A stretch of DNA of 64,000 nt from Euglena gracilis (Eukaryota): NCBI GenBank assembly GCA_039621445.1, contig CP154954.1:33643455-33707454 (forward strand). The letters are read 5' to 3'. Below the pieces are notes generated by a model that was not told where the DNA came from, made no database searches, and saw only the letters and a list, made by a program, of their open reading frames with translations. Below, piece after piece: positions 1 through 9,975 of the stretch (position 1 is its first letter; each line of letters opens with the position of its first letter). Position numbers and translations under genes: made by a program.

Positions 1-2
1 TC

Positions 3-1163
3 CGCGATGAAGCGCGCGGAGCTCTCCTCATACCCGTCAATCCGAATGCGGATTGGTTTCACCAACTATCCCATGTGTGTTTTCATTGGTGGGATTTACC
101 CGCTGATGTACCACTATTTGAGGATTTTTGTGGTATATTATTACCACCTGTTAAATAAATCATTTTTCGCGTTTGTTTCTTTGACGCATTCGGAATATCC
201 GATTTGCGTGTGCCAAGATACCTTGGTACCAATGGGGATGCCACACCCTCAACGCAGATTTCTGCGGTCATTGAGAGTGCGGACCAACACCCCAAGTCTG
301 CTGACTATTGTTCGCGAATTACTCGCGAATTTCATGGTGTACTGGATAATCCAGTTTACGCCTGCGACATCGACCCCGCGATTCGCGGTCCGTTCGGTGT
401 ATGCAAAATCGAGCTCAAGGATGGCGCTAAACCCATGCACCGGAAATTTTTCCGTTGTTCGGGTGAACGCGAACAGGCTCTCAACGAGATGATTGAGAAG
501 CTCATCCAGCGGAAGTGGATTATCCCTTCCAAGAGCGAGTGGACATCACAAGCTTTTGTGGTGCCCAAACCCGCTGACCAGTCTGGTCAGAAGAAGTGGA
601 GACTAGTGCTGGATTACCGGTACCTGAACTCCCAAACGAAGGATGACCCCTTCCCGTTACCGCTGATCGAGGATTTGATCACAAAACAATCGGATAACTG
701 GTTGTGGTCAATCTTTGATCTGGAAGACGGTTTCCATCAGATGCATTTGCATCCTGATTCGCAACCGTACACGGCATTCGTGACATCCAAGGGTGTGTAC
801 CAATGGACGGTACTCCCCATGGGTGTTAAGAATGGCCCAGCCATGTTTCAACGCATGATCCAGTGGGTTTTGCGCGATTTACCGTTTGCTCTGGTGTACA
901 TCGATGATGTACTGGTGGGAACCCAACCGCCATCCGCGAAATCGGGCGAGGATATCCTCGACCCGCATTATCGCGATGTGCGCGCGGTATTATCCGCGTT
1001 CCAAAAGCATGTGCTTTTTGTGAAGGGTTCCAAAATGCACCTGTTTCGCAAGATTATTAAGTTTTGCGGACACATCCTGAGCAACGGGCAGCGTAAAGCC
1101 GCACCCAGTAAGATGGAGGCCATTAAGAAATGGACTCCTGAGGATCATCCTCTCGGACTTTGA
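3..1163 (+). pseudogene. pol fragment: reverse transcriptase (Ty3/gypsy type), preceded in frame by a possible methylase-like segment; RNase H and integrase absent
   Basis: Motifs WRLVLDYRYLN, FDLEDGFHQ, LPMGVKNGPAMFQ, YIDD, KFCGH. In-frame TAA at 156-158. RT similarity stops abruptly at KKWTPE (~1140). Confidence 0.9.
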
Positions 1164-1167
1164 GCAT

Positions 1168-4100
1168 ATGCTCAGGTTCAAGGAGGAGCTGGAGGACGAA
1201 GGCTGGCGAATGCAGCATGATTACCATGTTGCAGGAAACCGCCCCGTCACTCCTCCACAAGCAGTCATCGATGTGGTATTACGCCACACCGAGAACCGAG
1301 TCAGACTATTCCATTACGGAATAGATCTGTACGCCTTCGAAGGTGAAGGTGGCAGACCCTTGCTGGATGCCCAGCCGGGTTTCTGGGAACTCTGGTTTTG
1401 GCTGGGATACCCCTGCCAGAACTGGGGTCTCTTCAGCGATTCCACTGGTCGCAGTTACCTGCACCAGTTGGGTTTTCGGGACCAGCGTTTGTTGGCCCGA
1501 AGGCTGAAGGCAGTCTTCGACTGTATTCATACAGTCGGACCCCTCGGCGTGCAGTGGGAATTCTACCCACTACACCCCGACATCGAACGCCTGATCGAGG
1601 TGTTGTGGTGCAACAACCTTCAGGTATGGCTGGTGAGCCGTTACGGCTCCACCTTCCGCGTTAGGCCTGTTTCCCTGGCTTACCCGCAGAGGTATGACCT
1701 CTGTTGTAAGTACTGCCGGCAGGAATTTCCTGTCGACTTCTGGGGATTCGGCGTGCGCGGAAGTCCTCCACCGCCTCGGGATAACCCGGGCCTGGAGATG
1801 GGACGCCGCATGCTTATGCATGTGTGCCGCGACGCCCCGGATGTCCAGGGCAAAAGTCGCCGCGTCCACAAGCAGCGTATTTTTATGCTGCAGCAGTTCT
1901 GGTGGCGAGCCTGGACCACCTATGTCATGGAGGTGTATATACATCTCCGTGACCCCCAGGACGATAGGCCTGGTATGGAAAGCCTGCCACCGGATTACGG
2001 TGACGCCATCGAGGGTCCTCGTCGTCGGATTCTCGGCCACCTGCGCCCCAACTGGCACCTGGCTGATATCAGCCTGGAGGAACATTTGCGGCGACAGTTT
2101 GGCGGTACCCTCGACCGGGAGGTATTCCTTCCGCTGATGTCTCACCCGAAGGCCATCCTCGACCAGCGTATGCCGATTCTGGCATGCGTTCAGGAGTTCG
2201 AGGAGGGCTTTTTCGAGGTCTGGGAGGACACGCGTTACCGCGGCTTCCTGGGCCCGAACAGGCCTGCCAACGCCTGGGTGCAGCCATCATGGCCGCCACC
2301 CTGGCCCAACAGCGCCAGTAGCAGTACGCTGGCCTTTTACAGGCTGGCGGATGCCCAGGGATGCCGATGGCACCCCGACGATCCTCGTTCGCCCGAGGAT
2401 CTGCGCGCCTTCATCGCCCCAGAGGATGAACCTCTGGCGCGAAGGAGACGTGAGGCGTCAGTCGCTTCCACCACTGCGATTCCGCGGCGGGAGGAACGCG
2501 ACCGCAGCCCCTCTGTCACCATACTGGAGGCAACGCCGCCGTCTCCGACAGGAACGGCTGTATCCTTCGTCTCTGCCCCGCGAGCGGCAGGGGAACGATC
2601 GGTTTCCCCGGCTCCCGCGGCGGCTTCCGTCTGTCCACCGGTAGGTGGAGACCAGGAACTACCTGAGGAGGTAGGTGAGAACGTGGAGGATATCCTCTAC
2701 GCTGCTCTGCCTACTCTGGCACAGCCTAGGCCAGACGAAGCACCTGCAGGGGATATACCTGTGGCTGCAACGCCTGTCCCGACGGCTGAGCCCCCAGCCG
2801 AGGTGACTGGTATGGTCGTCGAGGATATCCTCGAAGATCCTGCCAGCCCCACAGCACGCACCTCGTTAGGAGGCCGTGTGCTCGGCGCCGTGGTCACTGG
2901 CATTACTGCCGTGGCTGCTGCACTAACGCCACGAGGTGGAGGCGTAGCATCAAGCTCCGCCGCCGAGGTCGTGGAGACACCAGATGTTGGTGTCCCCGCA
3001 CCCCCATCTCCGGCAGCAGTGCAACCACCATCAGGGGATGAACCCCAGGCGACAGAGCCATCTGTCGCACAGGCTACAGCGGAGGATCAACCTCCCGTAG
3101 CACCTGCGCCAGCGGTTGTGGAGGATCAACCTCCTAGACCAGATGTCGAAATGGAAGTGGAGGAGATACCCCCACGACCACCGACACCGCGCAGGGTCCC
3201 TGCCGTCCCGAGGACAATGGCAGAGTTTCTGGGAGCGCCAGCGCCTGTGGAAGCACCGATTCCGGTGACGACCACAGTGCCACGCTTCGTCGGACAGGAT
3301 GAACCTGTTCGGCGACGGCCGGCTGAACAACCCCAGGAACGAGTGCCAACCCCTCGGAGCGTCATGCGGGACCCAGCGGTCAGTATGCCCGCTTCGCCCA
3401 GACGGCAAACGTCTACTCCGGCACCATCGGCTCCTGATACCAGGAGTAAGCCGCAGGCGTCGCCTCCTGATTCCGGGAGTGCGAAGCCGAAAGGAGGCAA
3501 ACCGGGTGCTGCACCCTGTAAGCCCCCTTCCAAAGGCGGTGATGGGAAACCACCACCGAAAGGTGGCGCTGGAGGTCAGACTGGCGGACAGCCGAAAGGC
3601 CAAACGACAATGCACGACTATTCGGCCGTTGCATCGTCCGGGTACGGCCAGAGCAAACCGAAAGGTAAGGCTCGTGGTCGACAGGCCCAGTCTTCCGCCG
3701 GATCGACGGATGAGGAGCAGGATGAACCTGCTTCACCTCCTGTGTCTGCGGATGCCCAGCTCTGGACCCAGGATATCCTGACCAGACTAGGTACCGTGGA
3801 AGAGAGGACGAAGAAACTGGCTGCTATTAGGCACCAGACAGGGTCACTGAATCGATGGATTCAGCCCCTCTTCGTCCGCGGAGAACCTTTCCACTATGTC
3901 CCGGAACATACCTGGACATTCTGGAACAGGCGCTCACCCAGAGTACTGGCACAGTACTTTGGCGAGGACTGCGTGTTGGATTTCCAGCACGGCACGTCCT
4001 TTGCCTGGACGTGCACCGTGTGCCACCATGTGCGGCACAACCAACCGCTTGTGCATGTGTGCAAGCGGCAGGTGCAATCTTCGTGGTTCCACCACAGGGC

Positions 4101-4992
4101 ATATGTGCCGAACTGTGTGGCGCTCGTATGTGGCGAGTGCCTGAATGCCTGGAAGCACAGCTTGAACTACTCCTACAGTGAGAATGCTCACGACAGGGAT
4201 ATCCCTGCCTTGTGCATCAACTGTATAGGAGGCAAGTTCGTGCAGACTGCTGATGGAGCAGTCGCCACCATTGTCCCCCAGCACTGGGAGACATTGGAGA
4301 AGTGGAAGAAGGAGTACAAGCAGGTGGAAGGCCGCCTGAAGCACTCCGACTTCCGAAAGGTAGAAAGCTACCGCCACACGGGAATGGCCCGTGAGTTCCA
4401 GATCGACGCTGGGGCAATGCGCCTCGCCGTCGAGGAACACGCCAAGGTAAGAATGCCTTACCTCTGGACTGATGGCGACTGGGAGACACAGGTTTACCCC
4501 CTGTTCTCCAAGCGTCAGCATGGCGGATACGCCTTGCCACTGTGGCCTCCTGAAGAACACGATTTGGTGGACTTCAGAGGTTGGTTGGCGGCTGTATTAC
4601 GGCCCCATACCGCAAGAGCTCGGACAGCGAGGTGGATGTATGACATCAACTTCAAGCAGACCCCGGGGATGCCCCCGCAGGTGCCTGCGAATCACCCCCG
4701 GATGAATTACATCATCTGGCCGGTGATGCTGCCCAGAATTTTCTGGGAGCAACTCCAACGTTATCTTCAGCATCATGCTGAACGTACCAGGGAGAAGCTG
4801 CCGGATAATTGGATCAAGGACTGGGAGACCCCTTCCTTTGATGTCAACGATCCGGAGCTCAACACCATTCGGAGTGAATCAGCTCCGCCGCGTTCCCCAC
4901 GCCAACTGGAGTTGGTTGAGGACCCATTAGGGGACCCCCAACACGACTACTGGCGTGAGGTGCGCGAACGCCCAGCCGATAAAGGCAGGTGA
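1168..4992 (+). CDS. 1274-aa retrotransposon accessory ORF of unknown function (globular N-terminus, long Pro/Ala/Glu linker, Cys/His-rich C-terminal domain)
   Basis: Uninterrupted 3.8-kb ORF with CxxC motifs (CKYC, CTVC, CGEC, CINC). The stop codon falls inside the PPT just before the LTR. The frame is also open upstream of the ATG (LRIILSDFEH), so the true N-terminus was probably deleted. Confidence 0.8.
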   Translation: MLRFKEELEDEGWRMQHDYHVAGNRPVTPPQAVIDVVLRHTENRVRLFHYGIDLYAFEGEGGRPLLDAQPGFWELWFWLGYPCQNWGLFSDSTGRSYLHQLGFRDQRLLARRLKAVFDCIHTVGPLGVQWEFYPLHPDIERLIEVLWCNNLQVWLVSRYGSTFRVRPVSLAYPQRYDLCCKYCRQEFPVDFWGFGVRGSPPPPRDNPGLEMGRRMLMHVCRDAPDVQGKSRRVHKQRIFMLQQFWWRAWTTYVMEVYIHLRDPQDDRPGMESLPPDYGDAIEGPRRRILGHLRPNWHLADISLEEHLRRQFGGTLDREVFLPLMSHPKAILDQRMPILACVQEFEEGFFEVWEDTRYRGFLGPNRPANAWVQPSWPPPWPNSASSSTLAFYRLADAQGCRWHPDDPRSPEDLRAFIAPEDEPLARRRREASVASTTAIPRREERDRSPSVTILEATPPSPTGTAVSFVSAPRAAGERSVSPAPAAASVCPPVGGDQELPEEVGENVEDILYAALPTLAQPRPDEAPAGDIPVAATPVPTAEPPAEVTGMVVEDILEDPASPTARTSLGGRVLGAVVTGITAVAAALTPRGGGVASSSAAEVVETPDVGVPAPPSPAAVQPPSGDEPQATEPSVAQATAEDQPPVAPAPAVVEDQPPRPDVEMEVEEIPPRPPTPRRVPAVPRTMAEFLGAPAPVEAPIPVTTTVPRFVGQDEPVRRRPAEQPQERVPTPRSVMRDPAVSMPASPRRQTSTPAPSAPDTRSKPQASPPDSGSAKPKGGKPGAAPCKPPSKGGDGKPPPKGGAGGQTGGQPKGQTTMHDYSAVASSGYGQSKPKGKARGRQAQSSAGSTDEEQDEPASPPVSADAQLWTQDILTRLGTVEERTKKLAAIRHQTGSLNRWIQPLFVRGEPFHYVPEHTWTFWNRRSPRVLAQYFGEDCVLDFQHGTSFAWTCTVCHHVRHNQPLVHVCKRQVQSSWFHHRAYVPNCVALVCGECLNAWKHSLNYSYSENAHDRDIPALCINCIGGKFVQTADGAVATIVPQHWETLEKWKKEYKQVEGRLKHSDFRKVESYRHTGMAREFQIDAGAMRLAVEEHAKVRMPYLWTDGDWETQVYPLFSKRQHGGYALPLWPPEEHDLVDFRGWLAAVLRPHTARARTARWMYDINFKQTPGMPPQVPANHPRMNYIIWPVMLPRIFWEQLQRYLQHHAERTREKLPDNWIKDWETPSFDVNDPELNTIRSESAPPRSPRQLELVEDPLGDPQHDYWREVRERPADKGR

Positions 4993-4994
4993 GG

Positions 4995-5283
4995 TGTCTG
5001 TCAGCGCCAATGCGGCGTCTTTCAGCACCCTCGTCGGGTATTCGCCTGACACCCTGTTTGAGTATTCGCCCGAACAGCCCCTTCGAAGACCCTTTGCGGT
5101 ATTCGCCGCTAGTAAGTTCCCACCGGGATGCTGCCATGTGCAGGATTCCGTGCGCATGCATGCACACCCCTCTCCCCTCTCCCCTCTTGCGGGCGTGCGA
5201 CACGCAGCGCACAGGGCCGACGGCCTCTTTTCCTTTCCCTTTCTTTTCTTTTCGGCCGTTTGAGGCCTTAAGGCTGCCAGACA
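4995..5283 (+). repeat. 3' LTR (289 bp)
   Basis: 6-bp terminal inverted repeat TGTCTG...CAGACA, directly after purine-rich AAAGGCAGGTGAGG; three internal GTATTCGCC repeats. The 5' LTR is not in the window, so this cannot be confirmed by pairing. Confidence 0.7.
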
Positions 5284-5879
5284 GCACAACTTTTCTGGCC
5301 TAAGCCAACCCCCCACTCCACTCTACTTTTCCCCCCGGGGCAAATGCTGTCGCCGGCAGTTGGTTTTGTAGAGTAGGATTTCCTTTTGCGTGGTCAGGTT
5401 TGACTGGCCATGCGCCCTGCCCAGGTTTGACTGGTCAGAGGCCCCCTCCTTCCACACCCTCCCCAGGGGTTTTCCTGGAATGCCCATGGACCCAACCCCA
5501 AGTGCCTTGGGCACACCCAAACTGGGTGGATGGGTTTGCTTGGCAAGGAAACCTGCCAGCCCCATTTTCCCCAGTGGGCTATAATATACTATATACCCAT
5601 AAGCCACCGCAGAATAGGTGAAACCATTTTGCGCGTTTTAGGCTTTTTGGGTCCCCTCCTTTCCGCCCCCCCCCCCTTGGAGTGGACCCCTGTGCGACGG
5701 AAAGGGCCCCTGTGGATGCGCCAGGGTGCACCTCCCACAGACCAGGTCTGTGTCCGAAATCCCTGTGGCCAGAATGCCTGGTCCAAAGGGGAAATCGGGC
5801 ATAGCCCTGGGAGGGGGATGTGTACCAGGCGTATGCTTCTGTCCCCTTCCGTTGAGGAATTTAGGATGGAAGCAGATCC

Positions 5880-5903
5880 TATTAGGATAGAATATTAGAT
5901 GGA

Positions 5904-5943
<40 letters not shown>

Positions 5944-6081
5944 GGTATTAGATAGAATATTATTAGATAGAATGATTATTAGATAGAATGGGTATTATTA
6001 GATAGAATTATTAGATAGAATTAGTGTTATTATTAGATTATTAGATAGAATTATTATTAGATAGAATCCTATTAGATAGAA
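5880..6081. repeat. (TTA)n microsatellite plus TTAGATAGAA degenerate tandem repeats
   Basis: Directly visible. Confidence 0.9.
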
Positions 6082-8147
6082 TGGGTGCCCCTTCTCTCTC
6101 CACAGGTGGTATTCTTCTGATACCTTTTCCTTCCTTTCCTTGGACCGGACTTGGATTTCCAGTCCGTCCTCCCCGCATTGCTCCGTGCTTTGCTTCTTGG
6201 GAAGTGGGAAAAGGGTTTTTACTGTTACTCTGATTTTCAGTTCCCAAGTAGGTGCGCCAAGGCGAAAGCGAAGGCTTTTGGGAATTGGGAAAGGGGAATT
6301 GGGAATTAGACGTACACTGATTTCTCCAGCAGCATCCTTAGCTTCTTGGTGGCCACTGTGGGTCCACCCTGCTGGTCTCCAAGGTTTCCATGTATAAATT
6401 TTTTTCCATAATCCATATTGTGGTCTTCCAGGCTTGATTTCTTCTTGGCCTCCAACCCCATTGGAAATCTAGGGGGGCTGCTGTGGCCCCCCTTGTCCCC
6501 TTGAGAGGGGCTGTTGTGATAGATGAATTGGGGGGGTTGGGCAGACCTTTTCTGCCCCATCCTGAGGGGATTTGCTTGTGAAACTGGTCCCCATGGCCCC
6601 TGTGGTGTTGACCTCCTTGGCCTTTATTCCATCTCCCCATCTTCTGGCCAATTTGTGCCCAGGCTGCTGGGCGCCTTTGGGGGAGATGCCCCTGATGTGT
6701 GGGCTTTGATTGTCCAATTGTGAAGCATTTTGGGCCCCCATGGCCCAGTCTTGGCCCACCAAGGGCTGGGGCTGGCTTCTGTCTTCTTGGCCTTCTGGCC
6801 ACAGTGGTCCAAGGACCGTGGCCGTCATTGGTGGGGTTTTTGTGCTGTGAAATTTTTGGGGTGGGGGGCTGGGTGGGAAGAACGGCCACGGTTTGCCACG
6901 TGTTGACCGCATCTCCAAGGTCTCCAGCTGCTGCGGCCACTCCTCCAGGACGTCCGTGGCCATATAATTCCAATTTCTTCTCCACTGCATTGCTCATCGA
7001 AGTCGAAATTGAAATTTGACAATTGACTTCTCAATTGATAGTCGTCTGGTTCGTGCTCTGGAGACTGAATTGATATTGACTTCTTTTCTCAGTTCTTCCT
7101 CGTTCGTGAACTCTGTTCTTTTCTTCTGGCTGTCGAAGGGCAAGTTAAGAGTCAGCCAACTCCGGCGACAAAAGGCACTACGCGGGGCCTCCTAGCCCAG
7201 CGCACCAAAACAATCGCGCAACCAAACGCCGGCGAGCAAGGCATGCCATTGGCCTCACAATGGCAAAGTGCGGAGCCCGAGGTGTCTCGGTCAAGGCAGG
7301 GGTGCCGTGATGGAGGAAGCTGCGATGAGGGGGGAAATTCAGGGACAGCTGAGCTGGGTAGCCCAATTGGCCGGCCCGGCCTCCGGCCGGGCTGGACCCG
7401 ACTGCATTTCACTTCACCCCCGGGGGCTTCCAGCCTGAATTTGGGCTGCTGGCTGGCTGGACCCCCCCGGGGGGTAGGGCTTAAGAAATTCCCTAGTATG
7501 GTACTAATTTCCCATCCTCGGCTTTCGGGAAGGAAGAAGGCCGAGGCCTCGGTTCCCTTGGCAGGCCATCCACCCCATGGATACCCCTGAGAAAAAGCAG
7601 GTGAGCCGGCCAAAACGGGAAAAACCTCGGAAATGCGAAACACTGATGATTTTTGATTGCGCGGCATTTGATCAACAGGCTGCGAGAAAACGTTGAGTGC
7701 AGCCAAAAGGTCGACACACAAATGTGTGTATGGGTTAGTCCTGTCCACTCCTCAGAACCTGAAGAAATGAGCAAATGCTGTTTCTTCAAGGGGCCACTCA
7801 GGCACAGAAGCCGCATTCCAGTAAGCTGTCCATTCCAGTGAGCTTAACTCGTCTGATTCCCTGGGGTTGGGATCACACAATTTCTCACCAACCACCGCGG
7901 CCATAACTGCTTTTGTTCTGTCTTGAAAAAAATTCCTGCAACAGACCTCCCCCAAGAGGGGAGGTATGCTGAAATAGAGTTCGGGCTGGACAAAAAACTT
8001 CTTTTCGAAAATCGGTCAAAGATGACCAAAAAATGGCATTATTCGATCGTTTTTTGGTTCTCACTTCAATTTTTTGGCTGAAAAATGCCAAACCAGCTCG
8101 CTGGATTTGGGGCTTTGGGGGCATTTTGGGGGGGGGGGGGTTGTGGG

Positions 8148-8552
8148 CAGGCTTTTGCTTAAGGACCCCCGGGTACTGGCTAGCCAATCGGCTAGACACT
8201 GGAAAAAGTGGACTAGCTAGACCCCCCCCCTCCCCCCCGGGGTCCCCGGACTGGAAAAAAAATTTTCCTCCGGCGCACAGCGCCGGAGGAAAAATGAGGT
8301 TTTTAACAGGTTTTTGGCTGATCTTGCTCCAAAAATTCCCAAAAATGGCCAAAAACGGGCATTTTTGGCCATTTTTGGGGGTCCCAAAAAAATTTTCGGC
8401 GCTTCGCGCCGGTCACTGGAAAAAATTTTTCCACTAGCTAGCCCTGCCAGCAGACCCGGGGGGGTCTGCTAGAAAACCCACTAGCCAAATTTGGACTAGC
8501 TGCAGTCCAGCCCCCCCAGGGGGGGTACTGCAATCCCTTAAGCAAAAGCCTG
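8148..8552. mobile_element. hAT-like MITE
   Basis: TIR CAGGCTTTTGCTTAAGG / CCTTAAGCAAAAGCCTG; perfect 8-bp TSD GTTGTGGG. Second copy at 23324-23726; a further right end at ~13370-13489. Confidence 0.9.
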
Positions 8553-9724
8553 GTTGTGGGTGAAAATTTCTTTTCAAGAATCTTGGCTTTTTTCATTCCT
8601 GGACCATTTGAAAGCAAATTTCAGATGGTTTCAACCAGAAGAGCGATCACAATTGGTCGTTTTGCAGATTTTTTTATGAAATTGCCCCCCCCCAAAAGCA
8701 AAGGAAAAAAGGCTGGGTTCGATATAAGGAGAGGGGGGGTGGTCCGGACCCCCCCTGCGGGCCAGGGGGGGGGGGGTGGGGGGCCCACCTAAACAGTGGC
8801 GCGGTCAGGGTGACCGATTTGGCCCGGCGCAAAGCGCCGGGCCGAAAATTTTTGACCCCCCCAAAACGACCAAAAGTGCCATTTTGCGCACTTTTTGGGC
8901 AAAAATTGGCCAAAATGCAAAAATTTTCGCTTCGCGCCGGAGGAAAAAATTGTCCCTTTTTTGGGGTGGTCCCGGGTACCCCCCCGGGTCGGGGTGGGGG
9001 GGGGGGTGGGCCAGGAGGGCGGTGGGGGGGGACACCCCCCACCTAAACCATGTATGCCCTCCTTATATCGAACCCTGCTGGACCCCCCGGGGTAAATGCG
9101 ATGTCGCCCCTCGATCGAAAGCTCTTTTCATCAAGACGTCCAACGATGGCTTCAGAATTCAGCCACGACGCACAGATCTCTTATTCCGAAATTCCGGAAA
9201 ATTAAACAGAGCCTGACTTCACTCAGACATTACATGGAACCTGCAGCAGGTCGGTCGATCTGACTGAAAAATAGCTTTAATAAGGTTCGCGAAAACCCAA
9301 AAGTTGCGAATCCATGAGCTAAACAATAATCTCGAATTACAATCTGGACAAAAACAACAGGAATAGAAATGAAGCCAATTTCTCCTGTCATTTTCTCCGG
9401 CGTTTTTTTTCACCCAGAAATTTTTACACCCTTTGTTGAGCTTTCAGTGTAATCAAATCTCAGACACAAAAACACAGGGTTGTGAAATGTGGTCAGTTTC
9501 CGGGGTCTTCTTTGCATGAAAAGAAACCTCAAAGAAGACCACCACAGAAATCGTTGCGAAAGATCTTTATCACAAGAACCACAAAATGGCCACAATTTCC
9601 GAAATTTTAATTTATTTATTCATTTTTCCAAATTGAAATCTACCCAACATTTTTTTTGTGTTTCTTCCCAGTCATTTTTGTTTCCCATCATTTTTTGTCT
9701 GGAGCACAGGTTCCAGGTGCAGAG

Positions 9725-9975
9725 CAGGGGTTTTTTTAAAGACCGGGGGGGAGGGGGGGTCCCTGGAGGGGGGACCCCCCGGAGGGGTCCCGGGGGACCC
9801 ACAAAAAAATGGCCGAAAAATCGCGAAAAGTGCTAAAAATAGCATTTTTTCTGCGCCTGCAGCGCCGAAAAGTATATCCCACCCCCCTCCGGGGGGACCC
9901 CCCGGGGGGGGGGGGGGCTCGGCCGGACCCACCCCCCCCTGCCCCCCCGGGGTCCACGACTAAAAAAAAACCCTG
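9725..9975. mobile_element. hAT-like MITE
   Basis: CAGGGGTTTTTTT...AAAAAAAAACCCTG; flanks GTGCAGAG / GTCCAGAG (7/8 TSD match). Related to 63545-63827. Confidence 0.7.

Larger units (their letters stand above)
1..5283 (+). mobile_element. 3' portion of a Ty3/gypsy-like LTR retrotransposon (internally deleted, extra ORF before the 3' LTR); 5' end lies outside the window
   Basis: RT domain, then a long ORF, then a purine tract (4979-4994), then a segment bounded by TGTCTG (4995) and CAGACA (5283). Confidence 0.85.

Noticed and set aside
1-5283. DIRS/tyrosine-recombinase classification of the retroelement
   Set aside because: No recombinase motifs seen; the PPT, TG...CA LTR and RT motifs fit Ty3/gypsy better.
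6100-7150. Minus-strand 219-aa ORF, possibly a decayed retroelement ORF1/gag
   Set aside because: Low complexity with no diagnostic motif; cannot be supported.
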